Source: Octopus sinensis
Lineage: Eukaryota
Assembly (NCBI RefSeq): GCF_006345805.1
Contig: NC_042997.1
Coordinates: 72,850,001 to 72,914,000 of the forward strand
DNA length: 64,000 nucleotides
Direction: 5' to 3'
The position numbers and the translations under genes were made by a program. This document shows, one piece after another, positions 9,180 through 21,100 of the stretch (the first letter of the stretch is position 1; every line of letters begins with the position of its first letter). The notes beneath the pieces were generated by a model. It was not told the DNA's origin, did no database searches, and saw only the letters and a list, made by a program, of their open reading frames with translations.

Positions 9180-12100
9180 CTATAAAAAAAGAAAGAAAAA
9201 GAAATGCAATTAAATAAAACAATTAGTAAATGTTTTCTTTCAAATGGAAAGCCACATAAAAATATCAGTATTAACATTAATTTCATGTTATGCACCCTTG
9301 ATCGTTGACGTCTTTCACGAACAAAGCATCATCAGCTACTTGATTAAATATTAACTGTTCTACTCAATTTCCAAAGTTTCTAGATGGTGTGTAATTTTTG
9401 TTGCAGAATATTCCCTACGAATTATATTCAACCTCATATTTTTAAGCGTTGATCGTAACCCTGTAGGGCTATAATATTATCTATATCGCCATATTGTCAA
9501 CATGGCTTCCTGTCTTTTTCAATTCCTCCTTTGCTTTCAGGGCCATCCCGTGTTATTCCATTCCCCAGAATTCCTTACAAAATACTCTCTCTCCCTCTCA
9601 TTTAAATTATGTTCTACTCAATTTCCAAAGTTTCTAGATGGTGTGTAATTTTTGTTGCAGAATATTCCCTACAAATTATATTCATCCTCGTTGCTCCTTC
9701 GAGTGCGCCCGCCCTCCCACCCCCTCCACCAATACCGGAAGTTTCTACCTCTGTCTTGACTCCCCCACCCCGTGTATACATCCACTCGCACCCCTATGTC
9801 GGTTTTATTTGATCATATAGAGCAAAAACGGTGAAACGTATGCAGGTTGTAGTCTCACCCCCTCCACCAACACCAGAAGTTTCTACGCCTGTCTTACTTG
9901 ACTACCCCCTCCGCACCCCTATGTAGGGTTTATTTGATCATATAGCGCAAAAACTGTGAAATGTATGCATGTTGTAGTCTAGTGTTTCAGTATGAAATCT
10001 GCCAAATGCAAGCTTTCTTTTCAGGTACATGACACGGCTGTCTCTCATCCCAGGGTCTCAGAGGCCCACACCTCCCACACCCTCAGTGTTGGCATATTGA
10101 AAGGTAGGTCTGGAGAGATTGTTGAGCTGCTTGAACGGAGACGTGTGGATTTATGCTGCATCCAGGAAGTAAGGTGGAGAGGAGGTTCCGCTAGGCTCCT
10201 TACAGGCAAGGAACACAGGTACAAGATTTTCTGGGCTGGGAACATTGACGGGGTCGGGGGCGTGGGTATACTTCTTGCGGAGAAATGGGTAGATAAGGTA
10301 ATCGAGGTAGTCAGAGTAAGTGATAGAGTACTTAAGATTAGATTAGTGCTTCACCATAGGTCAGCTACCATCATCTCGGCATATGCCCCTCAACCAGGGC
10401 TACCGGAAGGACAGCAAGACCAATTCTACGACACCCTATTGCGGACTACCTCATTGACAAATGACAGTGACCTTCTCTTTGTGGCAGGTGATTTCAACGG
10501 ACATGTTGGACGGCATGTCGGGGGCTTCCATGGCGTTCATGGAGGCTACGGTTTTGGCTCTCGAAATGAGGAGGGAACCAGGCTGCTGGAGGTCTGCGAT
10601 GCAAATGACCTTATGGTTTGCAATACCAACTTCAGGAAACCCACCTCTCACCTACCGTTCTGGCAGACACACTAGTCAGATTGACTACATCCTCGCCAGA
10701 AAGAGGGAAAGGGGGCTGCTTATAAATGCCAAAACCTTTCCAGGCGAAGAATGTACTCCTCAACATAGATTAGTAGTTAGCGACATCAGGATCAGAGCTA
10801 AATGGTTGCCCAGAAGAAGACCAGCTTGGAGGAGAAGGGTCTGGAAGCTTAAAGATCCTGCAAATGGACAGAGATTTAGAGACATACTACTCGAAGCCTT
10901 TGACGAAATAGAAGAGGATATAGCTTCACTTAATGTGGAAGACAACTGGAGATTTCTACGGGACAATCTGCTGACAGCCACTGACCAGATCTGTGGATGG
11001 AGCAAAGTACCATCTCGACCCAGAGTAACGTGGTGGTGGAACAATGTGGTTGACAGGGCTATTAGACAAAAGAAACAGGCTTGGAGGGACTGGAAGAACG
11101 GTGGTAGCAGGGAATTGTATCAGACAGCCAGAAGGGAAGCTAGGAGACAGGTTTATTTAGCCAGAGGGGAAGCGGATAAGAAAAAATTTGCCAATGTTCT
11201 GCGCCGTGAGGATGAAAGACTTGAGGTATTTCGTGCTGCAAGACAGTGTGTGAGAGAGAATCGTGATGTGGTAGGAGAGAAATGTGTCCGCATGGATGAT
11301 GGTTCACTTGCGCTAAATGAGGATGCAAAGAGAGAGGTTTGGAGATGCCACTATGAAAGGTTGCTGAATAAAGAAAATGAATGAGATAAAGAGAGTCTGC
11401 CAAATGTCAACCCAACAGAGGGTCCAGCCATCCAAGTTGACAATTCTTTGATAGTTAAAGCAATTAGAAGCATGAAGACAGGGAAAGCCCCAGGCCCATC
11501 AGGAATTACTGCAGAGATGCTCAAAATATCTGGCAGTGTCGGCTATAACCTAGTCACCCTTTTAGTTAACCAGGTGATACACAAAGGAGTCATACCCAAT
11601 GACTGGTGTAGCAGCATACTAGTCAACTGCTACAAAGGTAAAGGAGACGCCCTAGATACAAATAATTACAGAGGTATCAAGCTGTTGGATCAGGTAATGA
11701 AGGTTACAGAGAGGGTCATAGCCCAACTGATTAGGGAGAGAGTCAACTTGGACGAGATGCAGTTTGGTTTCATGCCAGGGAAAAGCACCACTGATGCCAT
11801 ATTTCTGGTGAGATAGCTGCAGGAGAAATACCTAGCCAAAGATAAGCCGCTGTACCTGGCTTTCGTTAACATGGAGAAAACCTTTGACAGGGTCCCCAGA
11901 TCCCTTATCTGGTGGTCAATGAGGAAACTAGGGATAGATGAATGGCTGGTGAGGGCTGTGCAAGCCATGTACAGGGATGCCGTAAGTAAGGTTAGGGTTG
12001 GCAACATGTACACAGAAGAATTCAAAATGGAGGTAGGGGTCCACCAGGGTTCAGTACTCAGCCCCCTCCTATTTATCATAGTCCTCCAGGCAATTATGGA

Positions 12101-15100
12101 GGAATTCAAGACAGGTTGCCCCTGGGAGCTCCTATATGCTGACGACCTTGCTCTAATTGCTGAGTCACTATCAGAACTGGAGGAGAAGTTCCAGGTGTGG
12201 AAGGAGGGTCTAGAATCGAGGGGCCTCAGAGTCAACCTAGCTAAAACCAAAGTAGTAATAAGTAGGAAGGTAGACAATCCACAAATGTCTTCAGGAAGAT
12301 GGTCCTGCTCGATCTGTAGAAAAGGTGTAGGTAGAAACTCTATAAGATGTACCCAGTGTAAGCTATGGACACATAAGAGGTGCAGCAATGTCAAAGGAAG
12401 GCTAACTGGGAAGATAGTTTTTGTATGTGGAAGATGCTTGGGAGCATTAACCTCTGAAAATCTGCAGAAAACAACTTCCATCACTTTCCAGGGGAAAAAA
12501 CTAGAAGTAGTTGATAGCTTCCGCTATCTTGGTGACCAAGTCAGTAGTGGGGGTAGGTGTGCTGAAAGTGTAACGGCTAGAGTAAGTATAGCCTGGGCAA
12601 AGTTTAGGGAGCTCTTACCTCTGCTGGTGACTAAAAGGCCTCTCGCTCAGAGTAAAAGGCAGACTATATGATGCATGTGTTCGAACAGCCATGCTACATG
12701 GCAGTGAAACATAGGCCGTGACTGCTGAGGACATGCGTAAGCTCGCGAGAAATGAAGCCAGTATGCTCCGATGGATGTGTAATGTCAGTGTGCATGCTCG
12801 ACAGAGCGTTAGTACCCTGAGAGAAATGTTGGACCTAAGGAGCATCAGTTGTGGTGTACAAGAGAGACGATTGCGCTGGTATGGTCATGTGGCGAGAATG
12901 GATGAAGGTAGGTGTGTGAAAAAGTGCCAATCCCTAGCAGTGGAGGGAACCCGTGGAAGAGGTAGACCCAGGAAAACTTGGGACGAGGTGGTGAAGCACG
13001 ACCTTCGAACTTTAGGTCTCACTGAGGAAATGACCAGCACTGAGGAAATTTGCTGTGCGTGAAAAGACCAGGCAGGATAAGTGAGTCCAGCCCACTTATG
13101 CATGCCTTTCCTCCCTTGGACACACAAAGACCTGTTGAGGCAAGCGAAGTCATTATCGAACCTCATTTGACGACAGGCACCTATGCCAACCCCACTTTGC
13201 TTGCGAAGACCTGTTGGGGCAAGTGAAATTGGAATCGAAATTGAACCAATCCTATGACTGGCACCCGACAGATGCCAAGACCCCTGGACTGGAGATACGT
13301 AAAAAGCACTATCCGAATCGTGTCCGAAGCCAGTGCCGCCTCGACTGGCTTCCGTGCAGGTGGCACGTAAAATGCACCAATCCAACCGTGGCCAATGCCA
13401 GCCTCGCCTGGCACCAGTGCAGGTGGCATGTAAAAAGCACCCACTACACTCACGGAGTGGTTGGCGTTAGGAAGGGCATCCAGCTGTAGAAACATTGCCA
13501 GATAAGACCGGAGCCTGGTGCAGCCTTCTGGCTTCCCAGATCCCCAGTCGAACCGTCCAACCCATGCTAGCATGGAGAACGGACGTTAAACGATGATGAT
13601 ACATCTTGATTTTTTAAAAAAATTTATATTAGGCACCCTTACACAGACAAGATATTGTGTTTTGACTGCCACGTAAAAAGCACCCAGTACACTCAGTCAA
13701 ATGGGAGAGCATCCATCTGTAGAAAGCAAGCCAAAACAGACTATGGAACCCGGCGCAGTTCCTGCCAAGCTCTCCAACTAATGCCAGCATGGCAAACAGA
13801 TGTTAAATGATGGTGAGGTAGATAGATAATTGCCTACCTCTAACCATATGTCATTCACCTAACCCTCTTACGAATTTATGTGATCCTATGTCCCTATACG
13901 TCTTATTTGTTTTTCTGTCCTCATCCCCTCACATTCACTTGTTTGTACATTGAAGGGATGCCCTGGCACCCAATCTCCATCTTCTCTTCTTTCCAGTGGG
14001 GGAAGTCATGTATCTTTTCTATAACAAGAGACTTGTTTCTTTCTTTCTTTTAACTTATCACCTGGCACAAAACCACCTCCCTCAATACTACTCTCTACCT
14101 CAATCAAAGGGTTTTGTCTTGCATGCTACTTGGCAACCTTGCTAGTGCTGGTGATATGAAAAAGGCACCCAGGACACTCTGTAAAGTGGGTTGGTGTTAG
14201 GAAAGGCAGGTTTTTCTGAGGCTGTCATAAATTTTTAAATTTTAAAATCAAGGGAAATTTTTCAAATTTGATATATTGATGTAATTTTTCACACTGAATC
14301 CGATTTTGTTATTCATTTGTTCCATATAAATTTTAGAAAGATGATACAGAGGTTTAAAGTTTGATAAGTTTTACCCAATCAGAAAACAGGAATTGGAAGC
14401 TGGCATTTTCTATGTGACAGCTGTCTCTCACAAAATGAAAGCAAAAACATTATGTCAACAATGTATTAACACACAAAATGAAAGCGAAATCTTACAATGA
14501 CAAAGAAGTTTAAGAGATTTTTTTATAAAGTTGAAGAAGCCCTTAGTAATGCAGAGATCGTTCTTCTAATTTTAAATGTATGACATTCACGCGTGTGTGT
14601 GTGTCTGTGTGTGTGTATGTATCATCACCATCATCATTGTTTAACATATGCATTCCACGCTGGCATGAACTGGATGGTTTGATTGACTGGCAAGCCAAGA
14701 GGCTGCACCAGGCCCCAATCTGATCTGGCAAGGTCTCTACAGCTGGATGCTCTTCCTAACACCAACAACTCTGAGTGTAGTGGGTGCTTTTTACATGCCA
14801 CCAGTACAGGCAGCACTGGCAACAACCATGCTTGAATGGTGCTTTTTACATACTGCCGACACAGTCCAGTGGGACTAGCATTTACCACACTCAAATGGTG
14901 CTTTTTACGTGCCACCAGCATCGGTGCCAGTTAGGCGGTACTAGCATCGGCCACAATAATATATGTCTATCTTATATATTAAAAGACAAGTTGTCCGTCT
15001 GTGTATTGTGTGAACCACTTCTACTCCCACAATTTTCAACCAAATTTCAAATTTGACATGTGTGCTCTCTTTGACTTAGGATGCGTTTTCTTATAATTTT

Positions 15101-18100
15101 TTCCTCGAAATTCCACACTCCTAACATAGACTACTCTTAATTCACCTGGGATTTGAACCCACCACATCTATGCAATGGTATGTGTACAATTTTTGGCACT
15201 TCTTTAGAAGAACACCTCTCCAAGAAAATGATGCCTAATTTCTAAAAAAATTATCAAAATGGGAAATATATCCAAAATAAATCAAGTCTGTAAAAAGCTA
15301 CTGAGATCATCTATTTTTAAATATTTTATACTAAAAAATAAAACCTGGAAAACGAGCACTCGTGAATATAAACAAATATGTTGGAAGATACAAGGGCTGG
15401 TAACTTGCATCAGATATTATTAATGATACGAAGGGCCCCGACAATAACGTTTGTAAATTCTTGATTGTTTTTAATCAGATTTTTTACTGCGCACACTGGG
15501 ATGGATTAGCGTAGCATGCGCTGCTACCACGTAACAGCTATTCCCAAGTACTTGTTCAGTGGTAGCAGGACGTGCTAGAAATACTAGCCAAATCGGTTAA
15601 TGTTTGCAAGTACACCTGCACATCAACCCCCACCACTTTTCTTATATATATATATATATATATACACATTATATCCTCTGGCCCACCAAAGCCTTGTAAG
15701 TGGATTTCGTACACGGAAACTGAAAAAACACTGTCATATATGTGTTTATTAGTGTGTGTGTGATTTTGTACTCCCACCATTGCTTTATAATCAATGTTGG
15801 TGTGTCTACATACCTATAACTTAGCGGTTCGGCAAAAAGGGATGGTTAGAATAATTAGTAGGTGGTGCTCCAGCATGGCCACAGTCACATGACTTGTATG
15901 TCTGCATGTGTGCATCACTAAAACTCAAGAACTACCCAACTGATTTCATTCAAATTTTACACATGCCTTACTAAGGGCCCATGCAGTGTCAAGGACCAAA
16001 AAAATTTTCATCTTCTTGCCTAATGTGAGCCTGGAGCAATCTCTTATCTCTTACACTATTTCAGTATTACGTGTCAAAAGTGAAACAATAACATCTCTAT
16101 TGTAATGTGAGATAATACTTTCAGTTTTAATAGTGAAACTATTAATACTTTCACTACGTGTGTGTGTATCGTTTAGCGTCCGCTTTCCATATATATATAT
16201 ATATGTTAGTTTCATTTCTATTACTTTCACTATGATATATTTATGTATGTATGCATGTATAAATGGTTCAAAATGTTACTTACTTTTTACTCAACCTGAT
16301 ATATATATATATGTTAGTTTCATTTCTATTACTTTCACTATGATATATTTATGTATGTATGCATGTATAAATGGTTCAAAATGTTACTTACTTTTTACTC
16401 AACCTGATATATATATATATGTATATATATCGGGTTGAATAAAAAGTAACGTTTTGAACCATGAAGAATTTGTACCAGATTTTTGCAGAGTTTTGAATCT
16501 TTTTAAATATTTTTTTTTGCAATTGTCTGATAATACACACATAGACTTACCCAAATGCATCAATAAATTAACAGTGATATTTTTTTCACCTTTGTTACAA
16601 TCATCTAAAATGGAACCGTTAAAATGCAATACTAAAGCAATTTTGCTATTCAACTTCAAATATGGATGTAAAGCAGCTGAAACTGCTCGCAATATCAAGA
16701 AAACGTTTGGTGAGGAAATGACCAGTGAGTGATCAGCTCAAAAATGATGTAAACAATTTTGCAGTGGAGACCTGAGCCTTGAAGATCATGAGTGTAGTAG
16801 ACGCACATTTGTCATCAATGACAATCAATTAAAAATCATTATTGAGAAAGATCCACGTAAAACCACTCTAGAACTAGCAAAAGAACTTCAAGTTAGCCAG
16901 AAAACTGCCTGCAACCATTTGCATGCAATCGGAAAATCAAAAAAGCTCAACAAATGAGTACCACATGATTTGAATGAAAATTTTTTTAAATGTGCAGATA
17001 TGAAACTTGCTCATTGCTTCTTCTCCGTAACTAGACCAATACATTTCTCAACCGTATTGTAACTTGCAATGAAAAGTGAATTCTGAACAATAATAAATAA
17101 TGTTTTTCGCAGTGATTGGACCAAAATGAAGCAACGAAAATATTCCCTAAACCTGAGCTCTTCAAAAAGAAGGTTATGGTGACTACTTGGTGGTGTACTG
17201 CTGGGCTCATTCACTCTAACTTCTTAAAACCCCAAAAAAACCATCACTGTAGAAACATATTGCCATACAACTGTCAAAATGAACAAAAAACTGCTATTCC
17301 TCCATCCCAGACTGGTCAACAGAAGAAGGCTAATTATTTTTCATGACAATGCTTGATGTCACTTTTCACTAATGATGCTCCAGAAGTTCAGGGAACTTGG
17401 CTAAGAAGTTCTTCCCCAACCAGCTTATTCCCCAGACCTTTCTCCTACCGACTACTACTTTTTCAAGCACCTCGGTGGTTTCCTGCAAGAGAAGGAGTTC
17501 AAAAATCAAACCAATGCTGAAAGTGCATTCAAAGAGTTCATCAGCTCAAGAATTCCAGATTTTTATGTTACTGGAATAAACAAACTTGTAACTCATTTGC
17601 AAAAATGTGTTGATTGTAATGGTACTTATATTGATGAATAAAATTTCCACATTGTTGAAATATATTGTGATGAATTTCATGTTTCAAAACGTTGCTTACG
17701 TTTTACTCAGACTGATAAAGGTATGTGTGAGATATATATATATATATATACATACACACACACACACATACATATAATTAATAATATCAGGGTAATAAAA
17801 TTTTTTAGCAATTTTTACTAAAACTAAAAAGTATAAAGTAATAAAAAAAAAAGAAAAACTGTCACTTACTTATAAACTCTTCCATGGCAGACAATGAGAG
17901 AGCAATCATCTGATGCTGATGCAAATAGTGGATATGTGTTATGGTAGCAGACTTGACGAATTGCTTTTTTGTGATGTCTATTAAAGAATAAAATCAAAGA
18001 GTAGAATAAAGAAAAATACTAAAATTCTATTGAAATACATATACAATCATTGATCATTTGGATTGAGAAAATTGGCAGCAATATTTAGTTATGGTTTTCA

Positions 18101-21100
18101 TGTTCAATTCCTGCCAAGATGAACTTCGCTTTTCATCCTTTCTAAACTGATCAACAAAAGTACCAGTCAAGTACTGGTTTGATATAGTCGTCTCCTCATA
18201 TGTGAATTCCTATGCCAATATTGCAAATAATGATTATGGTTGATTCAGTAAAATGAAATTATCAAAGTTTAAAAAAAATATGAATACTCTAATATATTCC
18301 AAATAGGTTTATTCCTTTCAACATTCTTATGCTTCTTAAATGAAAATCACAGCATTTACTGTTTCAGTTAAACAGCTAACAAAAAGCAAACCATGAACAA
18401 TTGTGCTATTTTAAAACAATGCCAGCAGCAGCCCTGAAGTGGAGATATAGTATACAGGAAACATTTCAATCTCTTCTCCTTTAATGTTAAAAACTTATGA
18501 CACAATGTGCAAAAGTAAAATACATTAACTACTTTAAAAGAAAAAGTTATTTTTATACATATATTACATACAATACACATATCTACTATCTGTAATATAA
18601 AGTATACAGTATATTGACTATTGGGTCATCCCATAAATAATGCAGGTTTTTTTCAACTGCATGAACTAAAAGTCAGAGGAAGATGGGATAAACTACCTGT
18701 ATCAACTTGCTATAAAAGCAAGTAGTGATTTTACCTTGTCTTTATTCTTAGTGCCAGTTTTTAAGACTGCAGTTTGATTTTAACAGTTAGTTTTTCAAAG
18801 CTATAATGGAAGTGACACAGGAACATATTCGGCATATTTTGCTTTATGAGTTTAATAATGACTACAAACATAGTGGAAAGTGCGAGGAATATTAATGTAG
18901 TATATGGGGTTCCAGAAATTCCTAGAAGACAAGTCTCATCCTGGAAGATCTGTAGAGTTCAACAAGGACACCCTGCAAACCCTGGTGGAACAAAATTCCA
19001 TTATAACTGTTGAATTAGCAGAAAAGCTAGGATTTGGTCACTGAACTAGTCATTCAAGGCAGCGCTAGAAGAAAAATGACCATCTTTGGTTTCAAGACGA
19101 AATGTGTTCTTCCATCAGGATAATGCTTGACCACATACAGTGTGAATGACTTTTCAAAGGCTGGAGCAGTTTGAATGGGAAACGATACCCCACCCACAAT
19201 ATTCGGTGGACATTGCCCCATCTGATAATCATTTATACCACAGTCTTCAAAATCATTTGGGCAGATAAAATATGAATTCTGTAGACGAGGTCAGAACAGT
19301 ACTGGAGGAGTACTTTTTGTCACAGACAAATGAATTTTGGAAGATGGTCCTTGCAAGTCTACCAGATAGATAGAAGAGCACTGCAGAAAACGAAGGAGAG
19401 TATATTTTAGATTAAAATAAAACTTTGTTATCTTAATTTTGAAAAATAAAACACATTATTTATGAGATGACCCAATATATCAGTATATAAGCTGAATCAG
19501 CTGTAGATAACTCAAAATTTCATAGGCATAGAAATGCACCTTACATTTTCAGACACACAAAGTTAGAGTAAAGAGGATCTAAAGACGGTTTAGAGATGAG
19601 AACGTATGGTGGGCATTTCATTGGTCTATTCAGATCACATGAATAAACAAATAAAATAGTAACAACAAATATTTATGTATGTGCTACCATGTGGTAGAGG
19701 AAATACTCTAGACGTGTCAGGTAGTTGATGACTTACAGTGAATCCTTGTTAAGGTAGCTAGCAGATAAAGTGAAAATCTAAGCCAAGAGTGTTGACTGTC
19801 ATTGACGCAAGTGTTGTAGGGTGGTATGTTCTTAGTGTGCTAGGTGAGTGCTGCTCACCCACCAAAATTGACAAATTCATCATGATTAAGCTTACTCATA
19901 ATAACATCAATAAAGCTAATTTTTCTATACCTTGTTGTAAAATATTGCAGCTAACACTGAGCACTTCATAATTAAGTGTATATGTATTTGGCTAATGATA
20001 GCATAATGGAAAAGTATCAAACATAATACTGAAGATAGCAAGATTTTACATCGTTTATTATTCACTTTCACAAATCCTTCTAAGAAATGTAGCCTTTCTC
20101 CCTAGCACTTCACATTACCCCACTCATTAAGCTCTATCTGAATTCATTCACCCACTCAACTCCTTGTTTTATGTATCTATATTCAGCTTGTTGCCTAACT
20201 TTTTCACTTGGTTTATGGCAGGGCTTTATAAGTGTTTAACTCTAGGTCCTGAGAAGCATCTAAGAAGTCAACTTTATGAGGTTTGTAGGAACCGTGATTC
20301 TAAGCCTCCAGCCCATCAGGAATAACCGCAGAGATGCTTAAAATATTTGGCGGTGTCGGCTATAGTCTAGTCACCCGTATAGATGATAGATGAAGGAGTC
20401 ATACCCAATGACTGGTGTAGTGGCACCATAGTCAACTGCTACAAAGGTAAAGGTGATGCATTAGATACAAATAATTACAGAGGTATCAAGTTGTTGGATC
20501 AGACAATGAAAGTCATGGAGAGGGTCATAGCCCAACTAATTAGGAAGATAGTCAGTTTAGACAAGATGCAGTTTGGGTTTGTACAAGGGAAAAGCACCGC
20601 TGATACTATATTTCTAGTAAGACAGCTGCAGGAGAAATACCTAGCCAAGAATAAACCTCTGTACCTGGCTTTCGTTGACATGGAGAAAGCCTTTGACAGG
20701 GTCCCTTGATCCCTTATCTGGTGGTCAATGCGGAAACTAGGGATAGATGAGTGATTAGTGAGAGTCATGTACAAGGATGCTGTCAGTAAGGTGAGGGTTG
20801 GCAATGAGTACAGTGAAGAATTCCAGGTAGGGATCCACCAAGGATCAATCCTCAGCCCCCTCTTATTCATCATAGTCCTCCAGGCAATAACAGAGAAATT
20901 CAAGAGAGATTGCCTCTCAGAGCTTCTTTACGCTGATGTCCTCGCCCTAATAGCTGAGTCACTATCGGAACTAGCAAGGCCTAGAATCGAAGGGCCTTAG
21001 AGTCAATCTAGCAAAAACCAAAGTCTTGATAAGTAGGAAAGCAGACAAATCACAAATCCCTTCAGGTAGAGGGCCCTGCTCGATCTGTAGAAAAGATGTA

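Noticed and set aside
9685-9990. HDV-like ribozyme at the RTE 5' end, as known for some RTEs
   Set aside because: I could not assemble the nested double-pseudoknot by eye in either 5' UTR (9685 or 60765); a covariance-model scan would be needed.
11690-12484. Long 264-aa antisense ORF, and similar antisense ORFs over other RTE copies and tails
   Set aside because: Shadow frames of LINE sequence that recur in every copy and show no recognisable domain.
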